A stretch of 64,000 nucleotides of DNA from Paludibacteraceae bacterium (lineage in GTDB: Bacteria; Bacteroidota; Bacteroidia; Bacteroidales; Paludibacteraceae). Positions 10,059-19,346 of this stretch are shown here, one piece after another (positions within the stretch are counted from its first letter, which is position 1; each line of letters starts with the position of its first letter). The position numbers were made by a program, and so were the translations under genes. The notes beneath the pieces are model-generated. The model ran no database searches, was not told where the DNA came from, and saw nothing but the letters and a program-made list of their open reading frames with translations. The stretch spans positions 9,993 through 73,992 of the forward strand of contig JAKSNH010000009.1 of NCBI GenBank assembly GCA_024399955.1. The letters run 5' to 3'.

Positions 10059-10066
10059 CAAAAGTA
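10059..10066 (-). promoter_or_regulatory. -7 box (TACTTTTG on minus strand) for 9341..10039
   Basis: Plus-strand caaaagta is the reverse complement of TAnnTTTG, about 20 nt upstream of the ATG. Confidence 0.45.
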
Positions 10067-10129
10067 CAAAAAAAAATGCAAAAAACGAAAAAAATCACCA
10101 AAAAAGTTGTGAGAGTGAAAAATTATTTG

Positions 10130-10137
10130 TAATTTTG
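10130..10137 (+). promoter_or_regulatory. -7 box TAATTTTG for 10226..11899
   Basis: The aattatttgTAATTTTGcag motif matches the consensus. Confidence 0.5.
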
Positions 10138-10225
10138 CAGCCAAATTATGCCTATTAGGTTCATTGCGAAAGTAAATAACCCAATAATAATTAAATTATC
10201 AACATTAAACAAAAGTTTAAGAGTT

Positions 10226-11899
10226 ATGAAAAAATCTATCGTATTTATGTCAATCATCGCCATGGCTTTGATGACATCTTGTAAGACTCCGATTTCTCCG
10301 GAGCAACTTAGTGTTAACCCCAATCCTCTTAAGGTGGTTGGTAATAAAGTAAATGCCGAGATTACCGGTACTTTCCCCGCAAAGAAATTTGCTAAGAAGG
10401 GTGTGTTGGTTGTTACTCCTGTCCTCAAATTTGATGGTCAAGAAGTGCTTGGCGAACCTGTTACTTATGTAGGTCAAAAGGCTAAAGAAAACGGTACTGT
10501 AGTTAATTATGCTGAGGGTGGTACTTGTTCTCAGAACTTCAGTGCAGACTATGTTCCTGCAATGGACAACTGCGAATTGTATCTGCGTTTCAATGCTACA
10601 TTAGGCGACAAAGTATTTGAAATTCCTGACTTAAAAGTTGCTGATGGTCTGATTACTACCGCTAAATTAGCTGATGCTAAAGGCATCAAAGCTCGCGTAA
10701 CTGCTGATAAGTTCCAACGTATCATTCAAGAGACCCAAGAGGCTGACATTAAGTTCCTCATCCAACGTAGCGATTTGCGCAACTCAGAGACTAAATCTCA
10801 AGAGGTTAAGGACCTGCAAGCTGCTATCAAAGAGGCTAATGACAACGAGAAGAAGGCTATCAACAAACTGGAAGTTGCCGGTTATGCTAGTCCTGAAGGT
10901 GGTATGGATTTGAATACCAAATTGGCTAATGCTCGTCAAGCTAATGCTCAAAAGTTCTTGGCTAAACAGCTCAAGAAAGACAAAGTAAATGCTGAAATCG
11001 CTTCTGATGTTACTGCAGAGGACTGGGAAGGTTTCCAAGCTGCTATGGAAGAGAGCAATATCCAAGATAAAGAGTTGGTTCTCAATGTACTTCGTATGTA
11101 CAACGATCCTGAGGAGCGCGAGAGCCAAATCAAGAACCTGAGCGCTGTTTACAAAAACATCGCTGACGAGATTCTGCCTGCATTGCGTCGCAGCCGTCTG
11201 GTTCTGACTACTGACTTGATCGGTAAATCTGACGAAGAAATCGTTGCTTTGTTCAACAGTGATCCTGCTCAACTCAACGTGGAGGAGATTTTATATGCTG
11301 CTACTCTGATTGAGGATAAGAAAGCCGTTTATGCTAAGGCTGCTGAGCTCTATCCTAATGACTATCGTTGCTGGAACAACCTCGGCTTAGTTGAGTTTGA
11401 GGCTGGTAACGTAGCTGAGGCTCGCCGTGCTTACGCCAAGGCTCTTGAGCTGAACGCTAACGATGCTGACGTTAACTATAACGCTGCTTTAGCTGCTTTG
11501 GCTGACAATGACCTGGAGAAGGCTGAATTGTACTTAGGCAAGGCTGCTGGCACACAAGGTGACTTGGCTACCGCTCAAGGTACGTTCTACACCATGCAAG
11601 GTAACTACGACAAAGCTAAAGCTGCTTATGGTCAAACAGTAAGCAACAACGCAGCTTTGCAACAAATCTTAAATGAGGATTACGCAGGCGCACGCAAGAC
11701 ATTGGATGCTATTGCTAATCCTGATGCTAAGACTGCTTACCTGAAGGCTGTTGTTGGTGCTCGCACCAATGATGTTGAGGCTGTTTATGCTAACCTCAAA
11801 GAGGCCGTTAAGTGCAACAAACTGAAAGAGAAAGCTCAGAAGGATATCGAGTTCGCTAAGTTCGCTGAGGACGAGACCTTCTTGGCTATCGTTAAATAA
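10226..11899 (+). CDS. TPR-repeat lipoprotein with OmpA-like YASPEG segment
   Basis: MKKSIVFMSIIAMALMTSC lipobox, a central VAGYASPEGGMDLNTKLANARQ segment, and C-terminal TPR-like repeats (AYAKALELNANDADVNYN...). Confidence 0.6.
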   Translation: MKKSIVFMSIIAMALMTSCKTPISPEQLSVNPNPLKVVGNKVNAEITGTFPAKKFAKKGVLVVTPVLKFDGQEVLGEPVTYVGQKAKENGTVVNYAEGGTCSQNFSADYVPAMDNCELYLRFNATLGDKVFEIPDLKVADGLITTAKLADAKGIKARVTADKFQRIIQETQEADIKFLIQRSDLRNSETKSQEVKDLQAAIKEANDNEKKAINKLEVAGYASPEGGMDLNTKLANARQANAQKFLAKQLKKDKVNAEIASDVTAEDWEGFQAAMEESNIQDKELVLNVLRMYNDPEERESQIKNLSAVYKNIADEILPALRRSRLVLTTDLIGKSDEEIVALFNSDPAQLNVEEILYAATLIEDKKAVYAKAAELYPNDYRCWNNLGLVEFEAGNVAEARRAYAKALELNANDADVNYNAALAALADNDLEKAELYLGKAAGTQGDLATAQGTFYTMQGNYDKAKAAYGQTVSNNAALQQILNEDYAGARKTLDAIANPDAKTAYLKAVVGARTNDVEAVYANLKEAVKCNKLKEKAQKDIEFAKFAEDETFLAIVK

Positions 11900-12132
11900 T
11901 GTCGGTTCTTTTTCCTAAAGTTCCGAAACCGCGTGGGTGGGACTATCGTCCCATTTACTACGATCCAGAGAAAGAGGCGCGCAAGGATAAACTTGCGCGT
12001 CTTCATCATGGGTCGTTCCGAGAGGAACATGAGAAGAATATGTCCACCCAGCGGCAATGCAATAAGTCTAAACTGGGCTTCTGGATCGCCCTATTAGCCC
12101 TGATTCTATTGCTTTATTTCTTCCTCAAATAA
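11899..12132 (+). CDS. small membrane protein, hypothetical
   Basis: 77 aa with a C-terminal TM helix. The start is coupled to the upstream stop (TAATG). Confidence 0.4.
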   Translation: MSVLFPKVPKPRGWDYRPIYYDPEKEARKDKLARLHHGSFREEHEKNMSTQRQCNKSKLGFWIALLALILLLYFFLK

Positions 12133-12165
12133 CTCTAAACTCTAAACGCTCAACTCTACACTCTA
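12131..12165 (+). repeat. heptamer array (AACTCTA-type, 5 units) abutting the mutL start
   Basis: aactcta aactcta aacgctc aactcta cactcta, then aatc ATG. Confidence 0.85.
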
Positions 12166-12169
12166 AATC

Positions 12170-13948
12170 ATGGACATCATTCACCTTCTTCCGGATAGTG
12201 TAGCTAATCAAATCGCTGCGGGCGAAGTGATTCAGCGTCCTGCCAGTTGTCTCAAGGAACTGGTGGAGAACTCGCTGGATGCCGGTGCCACCAAGATTGA
12301 TGTGTTGGTGCGCGATGCCGGGCGCACGCTCATCCAAGTGATTGATAATGGTAAGGGAATGAGTGATACGGATGCCCGAATGGCGTTTGAACGACATGCA
12401 ACCAGTAAAATCCGCGAAGCAGCGGATTTATTTCAGTTGCGAACAATGGGGTTCCGCGGCGAGGCGTTGCCCAGTATATGCGCCGTGGCTCAAGTGGAAG
12501 TGACAACGCGTCGCGAAGAGGACGAGATAGGCACACGAATAGAGATTGACGGAACGCAAGTGGTGAGTCAAGAACCTTGCTCTTGTCCGGTAGGCACTAA
12601 CTTCAAGGTGAAGAACCTATTCTATAACGTGCCGGTTAGACGTAAGTTCCTAAAAACAGACCAAACCGAGTTGCGTAACTTATTGACCGAATTCTATCGG
12701 ATTGTGCTGGTTTATCCCCAGGTGCAGTTTACCTTTGTCAGTAACGACGAGATTTTAATGGAATTGCCGGCAGGAACAGATAAACAGCGTATTGAGCAGG
12801 TCTTTGGGAAGGGACAACGTCAGTCTTATACCAGCCATTTAGTGGATATAGCATCGCAAACCGAACTAGTGACTATCCGTGGTTTTGTGGGTAAACCCGA
12901 GATGGCAACCAAGAATGCCCAGCAGTTCTTCTTCGTCAATGGTCGCTTTATGCGCCATCCGTACTTCCATAAAGCCGTGCTGAATGCTTATTCAGGTATG
13001 CTGCAGGGGGAAGAGACGCCTTCCTATTATATCTATTTAGAGGTCAATCCGGAGAATATAGACGTTAATATCCATCCCACAAAAACAGAGATTAAGTTCC
13101 AGGACGAACAGGCTATCTTCCAAATCCTGATGGCGACTGTTCGCGAGGCGTTGGGTAAGTTCAATATCGCTCCCTCGCTTGATTTTGACCGAAGCGGATA
13201 CGTGGAAATACCTACCGATGGTAAGGCTCCCAGCAGTTTACCTATTACCCATTCCACCGTGCCATATAACCCCTTCCAACAGTCGCGTGAACGGGCTAAT
13301 ACACTCAATTGGCAATCGATGTATACCACTCCGGTTGCTGAACGCGAACCGCTACAAGAGCAACAACAGATGCTCTTCGAACAGACATGGTCGGTCGGCC
13401 AGGTCTATCAGTATAATGGCCGCTATTTGATGCTGCCTACCGAAGGCGGCTTGATGATGGTGGACCAGCATCGCGCACATATATGTGTGCTGTTCAATTT
13501 GTATTTACATCATATCAGCGAGACCCGAATGGCTTCGCAACAACTGCTCTTCCCCGAGGTACTGGATGTCGCTCCGGACGAAGTGGTGATTATTAATGAT
13601 ATATTGGATGAACTGCAACGGGTGGGGTTTGATATGGCTCAACTGTCACCGGTAAGTTTTACCATATCGGGTGTACCGGCGTTGTTGGAAGATAAAGACC
13701 CTGTCGTTGCCATCAAGAATATATTATCGGCGGTACAAGTCTCCGGTTCGGTGCATGACCACGTGCAGAAAACCATCGCATTGAGTTTGGCTAAAGAAAC
13801 CGCCATTCCTTACGGGAAGGTGTTGCAGAAAGAAGAAATAGAGGATCTGTTAAGACGTTTATTGGCTCTGCCTAACTATCGCTATACGGAGGATGGAAAG
13901 GTGGTTATTTCCATCATAACGGACGATGAATTGGCAAAAAAATTCTAA
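12170..13948 (+). CDS. mutL: DNA mismatch repair protein MutL
   Basis: LLPDSVANQIAAGEVIQRPASCLKELVENSLDAG GHKL ATPase motifs; 592 aa. Confidence 0.92.
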   Translation: MDIIHLLPDSVANQIAAGEVIQRPASCLKELVENSLDAGATKIDVLVRDAGRTLIQVIDNGKGMSDTDARMAFERHATSKIREAADLFQLRTMGFRGEALPSICAVAQVEVTTRREEDEIGTRIEIDGTQVVSQEPCSCPVGTNFKVKNLFYNVPVRRKFLKTDQTELRNLLTEFYRIVLVYPQVQFTFVSNDEILMELPAGTDKQRIEQVFGKGQRQSYTSHLVDIASQTELVTIRGFVGKPEMATKNAQQFFFVNGRFMRHPYFHKAVLNAYSGMLQGEETPSYYIYLEVNPENIDVNIHPTKTEIKFQDEQAIFQILMATVREALGKFNIAPSLDFDRSGYVEIPTDGKAPSSLPITHSTVPYNPFQQSRERANTLNWQSMYTTPVAEREPLQEQQQMLFEQTWSVGQVYQYNGRYLMLPTEGGLMMVDQHRAHICVLFNLYLHHISETRMASQQLLFPEVLDVAPDEVVIINDILDELQRVGFDMAQLSPVSFTISGVPALLEDKDPVVAIKNILSAVQVSGSVHDHVQKTIALSLAKETAIPYGKVLQKEEIEDLLRRLLALPNYRYTEDGKVVISIITDDELAKKF

Positions 13949-14006
13949 ATTATCGAAAAAAATATACTTTTTTTCTTAATAATTTGCATAATTCAAAAAA
14001 AAACCG

Positions 14007-14014
14007 TACCTTTG
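14007..14014 (+). promoter_or_regulatory. -7 box TACCTTTG upstream of acpP
   Basis: aatttgcataattc...ccgTACCTTTGcgg. Confidence 0.5.
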
Positions 14015-14067
14015 CGGTCGATTTTAAATCGAATGTGAATATTATTAACAAATAAAACTTTTATATT

Positions 14068-14304
14068 ATGTCAGAAATTGAAGAAAAAGTAAAAGCCATT
14101 ATTGTTGAGAAATTAGGTGTTGATGCGGCTCAAGTTACTATGGAGGCTAGTTTCTCCGCAGATTTGAATGCAGACTCGTTGGATACCGTGGAGTTGATTA
14201 TGGAGTTTGAGAAAGAGTTTGGTATTACTATTCCTGATGAGGATACTCAGAAGATCTCTACAGTTGGTGATGCCGTAGCTTATATCGAAAAAGCTATTGC
14301 GTAA
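14068..14304 (+). CDS. acpP: acyl carrier protein
   Basis: [17 protein letters not shown] phosphopantetheine-attachment Ser motif; 78 aa. Confidence 0.95.
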   Translation: MSEIEEKVKAIIVEKLGVDAAQVTMEASFSADLNADSLDTVELIMEFEKEFGITIPDEDTQKISTVGDAVAYIEKAIA

Positions 14305-14324
14305 ATAACAATGTTACATTCGTT

Positions 14325-14363
14325 TACGAGTCTGCGGTGGAGTACTGTGGACTCGTAGTTTTT
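14325..14363 (+). terminator. hairpin + T-run between acpP and fabF (attenuating terminator)
   Basis: tacgagtc ... gactcgta is an 8-bp stem followed by gttttt. Confidence 0.5.
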
Positions 14364-14389
14364 ATTAACTATTAAAAACCGCTTATTAT

Positions 14390-15643
14390 ATGGAATTACA
14401 TAGAGTTGTTGTAACGGGAATGGGAGTGCTGACTCCTATAGGAAATGATGTGGATTCGATGTGGGAGGCAATGAAGCAGGGGAAGAGTGGTGCTGCGGAT
14501 ATAACGGCTTTTGATACTAGTCTGTTTAAAACACATTTTGCTTGCGAAGTAAAAGGTTTCAATGTGGATGAATTATTGGATCGCAAGGAAGCCCGTAAGA
14601 TGGACCGCTTCTCCCAATTCGCTGTTTGGACTGCCAAGCAAGCGTTGATGGATTCCGGATTGGATTTAGATAAGGAAAACCGCGAACGAATAGGTTCGAT
14701 TTGGGCCAGCGGTATGGGTGGATTAACCAGCTTAGAGGTGGATTGCATGGATTATGCTAAGGGTGATGGTACACCTCGGTTCAGTCCGTTCTATATCCCT
14801 AAAGCAATCATTAATATGGGTGCCGGACATATATCCCTCGTCTTGGGTCTCAAGGGTATTAACTACGGAGTAGCTTCGGCTTGTTCGTCTTCGGGACATG
14901 CTATCGCTTCTGCGTTTGATGCCATCCGCTTAGGTCGCGCTGATGTAATCTTCTCCGGTGGCAGCGATGCCGATGTCACCTATTCGGGTATCGGTGGATT
15001 CAATTCCATGCATGCCCTTTCTACGCGCAACGATAGTCCGGCTACGGCTTCTCGTCCGTTCAGTAAGTCCCGTGATGGATTTGTATTGGGCGAAGGTGCT
15101 GCCTGCTTGATATTGGAGGAATACGAACATGCCATCAAACGTGGTGCTAAGATATATGCTGAACTGGTAGGTGCCGGTATGAATGCCGATGCCCATCACA
15201 TGACCGCTCCAGACCCCGAAGGATTAGGTGCTGCACGGGTGATGATGGAGGCTATCAATGATGCAGGAATAACACCCGACCAGGTCGATTATATCAATAC
15301 TCATGGCACATCCACTCCATTAGGAGATATATGTGAAATAAAGGCCATCCAAAACGTTTGGGGCGAAGATGCTTATCGTCTGAATATATCCTCTACCAAG
15401 TCCATGACCGGACATATGATGGGGGCTACAGGTGCTGTCGAAGCAGCCGCTACCGTACTGGCTTTGCGCGATGGTATAGTGCCTCCCACTATCAACCACG
15501 AAGAAGGGGATGAGGATGAGAACATCGATTATCGTCTGAACTTCACATTCAATAAAGCTCAAAAACGCGACCTGCGTTTCGCCCTGTCCAATACATTCGG
15601 GTTCGGTGGACAAAACGCTTGCTTGTTATTTAAGAAATACTAA
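14390..15643 (+). CDS. fabF: beta-ketoacyl-ACP synthase II
   Basis: Active-site region [11 protein letters not shown], and HGTSTPLGD / GFGGQNA motifs. Confidence 0.92.
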   Translation: MELHRVVVTGMGVLTPIGNDVDSMWEAMKQGKSGAADITAFDTSLFKTHFACEVKGFNVDELLDRKEARKMDRFSQFAVWTAKQALMDSGLDLDKENRERIGSIWASGMGGLTSLEVDCMDYAKGDGTPRFSPFYIPKAIINMGAGHISLVLGLKGINYGVASACSSSGHAIASAFDAIRLGRADVIFSGGSDADVTYSGIGGFNSMHALSTRNDSPATASRPFSKSRDGFVLGEGAACLILEEYEHAIKRGAKIYAELVGAGMNADAHHMTAPDPEGLGAARVMMEAINDAGITPDQVDYINTHGTSTPLGDICEIKAIQNVWGEDAYRLNISSTKSMTGHMMGATGAVEAAATVLALRDGIVPPTINHEEGDEDENIDYRLNFTFNKAQKRDLRFALSNTFGFGGQNACLLFKKY

Positions 15644-15644
15644 G

Positions 15645-16643
15645 ATGGTAGTTGCTATTGTTGGTGCATCGGGTGCAGTTGGACAAGAACTGCTGACAGT
15701 GCTATCGGAACGGCATTTTCCCGTTACCGAATTGCGTTTGTTCGGTTCGGAACGAAGTGCAGGAACCGTGTATTCATTTGCAGGACAATCCGTCACCGTG
15801 CAACAACTGCAACATGGCAACCAGTTTGAAGGCGTCGATATAGCTTTTGTGTCGGCGGGAGGGTCGGTTAGTAAGGAGTATGCCCCGGATATAACGCGCT
15901 ACGGAGCCATCATGATTGATAACTCCAGTATGTTCCGGATGGACGAGGACGTGCCTTTAGTGGTGCCGGAGATCAATCCCCAGGATGCGTTAGTTAGTCC
16001 CCGTGGCATCATTGCCAACCCTAATTGCTCCACCATCGTCATGGCTCTGCCGCTTTATGCTATCCATCGTATCAGTCCTATTCGTCGCATCCATGTGGCT
16101 ACCTATCAGGCTGCCTCCGGTGCCGGAGCACAAGCCATGTTGGAGCTGCAGAATCAATACAAGCAACTCGTTAATGGCGAAGAACCTACGGTTAATAAGT
16201 TCGCTTACCAACTGGCATACAACGTTATCCCCCATATCGATGTCTTTATGGAGAATGACTATACCCGTGAGGAGATGAAGATGCATAATGAGACCCGCAA
16301 GATCTTACATACGGACTTGTCTGTCTCGGCTACCTGTGTTCGTGTGCCGTCCCTGCGCTGCCATAGCGAATCGGTGTGGGTGGAGACCGAACGGCCTGTC
16401 TCTCCGGAGCAGGCTCGACAAGCCATTCAATCCATGACGGGATGCCAGATAATGGATGAGCCTCAGAATAAACAATACCCGATGCCGCTTTTCCTGAGTG
16501 GCAAAGATGATGTGTATGTGGGACGAATCAGAGCGGATATAGCCAATCCCAATGGCTTAACTTTTTGGTGCGTGAGCGACCAGATTCGCAAAGGCGCTGC
16601 GCTCAATGCTGTTCAAATAGCTGAGTATGTTATCCGACATTGA
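15645..16643 (+). CDS. asd: aspartate-semialdehyde dehydrogenase
   Basis: [15 protein letters not shown] Rossmann motif and NPNCSTI active-site Cys. Start taken at the ATG 2 nt after the fabF stop. Confidence 0.88.
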   Translation: MVVAIVGASGAVGQELLTVLSERHFPVTELRLFGSERSAGTVYSFAGQSVTVQQLQHGNQFEGVDIAFVSAGGSVSKEYAPDITRYGAIMIDNSSMFRMDEDVPLVVPEINPQDALVSPRGIIANPNCSTIVMALPLYAIHRISPIRRIHVATYQAASGAGAQAMLELQNQYKQLVNGEEPTVNKFAYQLAYNVIPHIDVFMENDYTREEMKMHNETRKILHTDLSVSATCVRVPSLRCHSESVWVETERPVSPEQARQAIQSMTGCQIMDEPQNKQYPMPLFLSGKDDVYVGRIRADIANPNGLTFWCVSDQIRKGAALNAVQIAEYVIRH

Positions 16644-17874
16644 AATAATGGCTCCGGTAGGATGCTGGGAGAGTCTGGCTGCGGCGATTGAGGCCGGAGC
16701 TACCAGTGTCTATTTTGGTATCGAGCACCTCAATATGAGGGCACGCTCGTCTGCTAATTTCACCACGAACGACCTATGCCGCATCGTGGAGACCTGCCAA
16801 CAGGCTAAGGTCAAGACTTATCTCACCCTTAATACCGTCATGTACCCCGAAGACTTGCCACTGATGCGCGAGATAGTAGATACGGCCAAGAGAGTAGGAC
16901 TAACCGCTATCATTGCCAGCGACATAGCTGTTCTCCAATATGCCCATCAGCAGGGCGTGGAGGTGCATCTCAGCACCCAACTCAACATCGCCAATACGGA
17001 AGCCTTGCGCTTCTATGCCCAGTACGCCGACGTGGTAGTGCTGGCACGCGAACTCAATATGGAGCAGGTCAAAACTATCTATCAGGATATCCAACAACAG
17101 CATATATGCGGACCCAAGGGCGAACCTATTCGTATCGAGATGTTCTGCCACGGCGCTTTATGTATGGCGGTGAGTGGTAAGTGCTACCTGAGCCTCAATA
17201 ACCTCGGCATGAGTGCCAACCGCGGAGCATGTATGCAAGTGTGCCGCCGAGGATATATAGTGCGGGATAAAGAAAGCGATTTGGAATTAGAGGTGGATAA
17301 CCAATACATCATGTCCCCCAAGGACCTCAAAACGATTGGTTTCCTCAATAAATTGCTGGATGCCGGTGTAAGAGTGCTGAAGATAGAAGGCCGTGCTCGT
17401 GGACCCGAATACGTCAAGACCGTCGTGGAGTGCTACCGCGAGGCTGTGGAGGCTTGGCAACGAGGTGACTACCAACAGCCGCAGATTACGGCACAAATAG
17501 AAGAATGGAATACCCGCCTGGCACGAGTCTTCAATCGAGGATTTTGGGATGGTTATTACCAAGGACAGTTCTTGGGCGAATGGACGCATGAATATGGGTC
17601 CAAGGCAACCCGCAAAAAAGTGTATGCAGGTAAATGCACTAATTTCTTTAGCCGTATATCCGTGGCGGAGTTCATGTTAGAGGCTGTGCCTCAAATATCC
17701 GAAGGAGACGAACTATTAGTGACCGGCGAGACTACCGGGGCGTATGAACTCACGGCGCATGACTTACATGACGAACCGGGCAATCCTCGCCCAACCGTTT
17801 ATCAGGGACATGCTTTCGCTATCCATACCGATCGCGTGGTCCATCGCGGAGATAAACTCTATCTGTATAAATGA
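16627..17874 (+). CDS. peptidase U32 family protein
   Basis: IEIMAPVG start region and [19 protein letters not shown] Cys motif typical of the U32 family. Confidence 0.8.
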   Translation: MLSDIEIMAPVGCWESLAAAIEAGATSVYFGIEHLNMRARSSANFTTNDLCRIVETCQQAKVKTYLTLNTVMYPEDLPLMREIVDTAKRVGLTAIIASDIAVLQYAHQQGVEVHLSTQLNIANTEALRFYAQYADVVVLARELNMEQVKTIYQDIQQQHICGPKGEPIRIEMFCHGALCMAVSGKCYLSLNNLGMSANRGACMQVCRRGYIVRDKESDLELEVDNQYIMSPKDLKTIGFLNKLLDAGVRVLKIEGRARGPEYVKTVVECYREAVEAWQRGDYQQPQITAQIEEWNTRLARVFNRGFWDGYYQGQFLGEWTHEYGSKATRKKVYAGKCTNFFSRISVAEFMLEAVPQISEGDELLVTGETTGAYELTAHDLHDEPGNPRPTVYQGHAFAIHTDRVVHRGDKLYLYK

Positions 17875-18755
17875 AAAAACTCCTTATCATAGCATGCTGC
17901 TTCTGCGTCATTCCGGTGATGGCAGAAGGACGACTGATGATTCGCTCATCCGTCTCCGGAGCCGATGTGTATGTAGATGGAGCGTGGCAAAAACATACTG
18001 CTCCTGCGACGTACACCCTTCCCGCGGGCGCGCACACGATTATGATAAATAAGGAGGGCTATCGCCCCTTGGTGGATACCATCACCATCGCCGATGACCA
18101 AAAATGTATGTGGGAGGTTTGGTTGGAACCGATGGACGAAGATATAGCTAAACGTGTCACTCCTTATCGCCGATTAGTGTGGAACTACACCGTGGAGAAT
18201 AACCCCTTCCGCGTGATGTGGTTCGGTATCGGTTTTGGACTGGGTTCCGGCGCGGCTATGCAACTCTCCCTGGCAGATATGCGATGTGGCATAGTAGAGT
18301 TACGTCCCTGCGTGTGGGGAGTTAATTATCCGTTCTTCTCCGGCATCTCGCATGAGAACTACGATGTATGGCGTGTTATCTGTCCGGATCGGTCGGTTAC
18401 TCAGGATAAATACGATATGGCTATTCCTACTCAGGGCAGGCAGTTCTACTATACGCCTATGCTGAGGGTGCTTCTGCCGTATAACCAGCGCACGGCGGTG
18501 GTGCTTAGTGCCGGTCCGCAAATCAGTTGGACGCATGTGTATTGGCAGTTGGATTATCGTGAATTACCTACTGCGCATTCATATATCTATACTACGGATG
18601 GTGTTCCTAAATCCGGCTATCATTTCGACCGCCCTTGGTTCACTTGCGAAATTGCCGTAGTTCGCACCGGCACCACCTCCGATATGAGTGCTTTCTTCCG
18701 TTATCAAGACGGTTTCTTTGTCGGCTGTGAATGGCGCATCGGTCAAAAACGGTGA
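17871..18755 (+). CDS. PEGA domain protein
   Basis: Signal peptide followed by SGADVYVDGAW...PAGAHTIMINKEGYRP (PEGA motif). Confidence 0.6.
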   Translation: MKKLLIIACCFCVIPVMAEGRLMIRSSVSGADVYVDGAWQKHTAPATYTLPAGAHTIMINKEGYRPLVDTITIADDQKCMWEVWLEPMDEDIAKRVTPYRRLVWNYTVENNPFRVMWFGIGFGLGSGAAMQLSLADMRCGIVELRPCVWGVNYPFFSGISHENYDVWRVICPDRSVTQDKYDMAIPTQGRQFYYTPMLRVLLPYNQRTAVVLSAGPQISWTHVYWQLDYRELPTAHSYIYTTDGVPKSGYHFDRPWFTCEIAVVRTGTTSDMSAFFRYQDGFFVGCEWRIGQKR

Positions 18756-18763
18756 TTGTTTCT

Positions 18764-18847
18764 TAATTGGCTAATTCCTAATTGGCTCCTTGGTTAATTG
18801 GCTACTTCCTACTTGGTTAATTCATAATTCTTAATTCTTCTCCTTCC
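18764..18847 (+). repeat. 7-8 nt imperfect tandem array (TAATTGGC/TAATTCC/TACTTCC/TAATTCT, ~11 units)
   Basis: taattggc taattcc taattggc tccttggt taattggc tacttcc tacttggt taattca taattct taattct, starting directly after the PEGA gene stop. Confidence 0.85.
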
Positions 18848-18890
18848 GGAATAGCGAAGCGGTCCGAACTATCCGGAATATCCGGAAAAA
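18845..18890 (+). repeat. intergenic module tccggaatagcg...ccggaatatccgg (second copy at 63247..63295)
   Basis: By-eye alignment with 63247-63295: same order and orientation, and both lie between a heptamer array and a promoter cassette. Confidence 0.7.
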
Positions 18891-18924
18891 TACGATTTTT
18901 CTTGCATATCTCAAAAATTCTTTG

Positions 18925-18932
18925 TAATTTTG
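18925..18932 (+). promoter_or_regulatory. -7 box TAATTTTG upstream of the KilA-N remnant
   Basis: cttgcatatctcaaaaattctttgTAATTTTGcaag cassette. Confidence 0.5.
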
Positions 18933-18959
18933 CAAGCAGAAAAAGAAATAAAATAGATT

Positions 18960-19259
18960 ATGAATAAATCTAACATATTAAAAATTAAAGACACCTCGGT
19001 TCGAACAATCAAAGTAGGACAATGGGATTATATTTGTATTACAGATATAGCACGATTAAAGAATCCTGCTGAGCCAAAAGATGTTGTTAAGAATTGGATG
19101 CGTGTAAAAAACACAATTGAATATCTTGGATTGTGGGAGATGCTTCATAATCCAAATTTCAAAGGGGTCGAATTCGATCCCCTTATAAATCATATCGCGC
19201 AACAACAAATGCAAGTTTTGGAAGATGTAGGAGAACGTAAATTTTTGACCGAATCGTAA
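18960..19259 (+). CDS. KilA-N domain protein, apparently internally deleted (99 aa)
   Basis: The N-terminus ...ICITDIARLKNPAEPKDVVKNWMRVKNTIEYLGLWEMLHNPNFKGVEFD matches the Bacteroidetes KilA-N family as I recall it (normally ~270 aa). The sequence then jumps to a short tail. Confidence 0.55.
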   Translation: MNKSNILKIKDTSVRTIKVGQWDYICITDIARLKNPAEPKDVVKNWMRVKNTIEYLGLWEMLHNPNFKGVEFDPLINHIAQQQMQVLEDVGERKFLTES

Positions 19260-19300
19260 AAAAAATATCCCAGTGTCACTAAATTGTCACTTTGATGCAG

Positions 19301-19308
19301 TACTTTTG
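19301..19308 (+). promoter_or_regulatory. -7 box TACTTTTG upstream of the RM genes
   Basis: gcagTACTTTTGccg, ~40 nt before the ATG at 19347. Confidence 0.45.
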
Positions 19309-19346
19309 CCGTAGATTTTCAATTACTACACTAAAACTACTACATT

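Noticed and set aside
18764-18847. Possibility that the short tandem arrays are CRISPR arrays
   Set aside because: Units are 7-8 nt with no unique spacers, the arrays are under 90 nt, and no cas genes are present.
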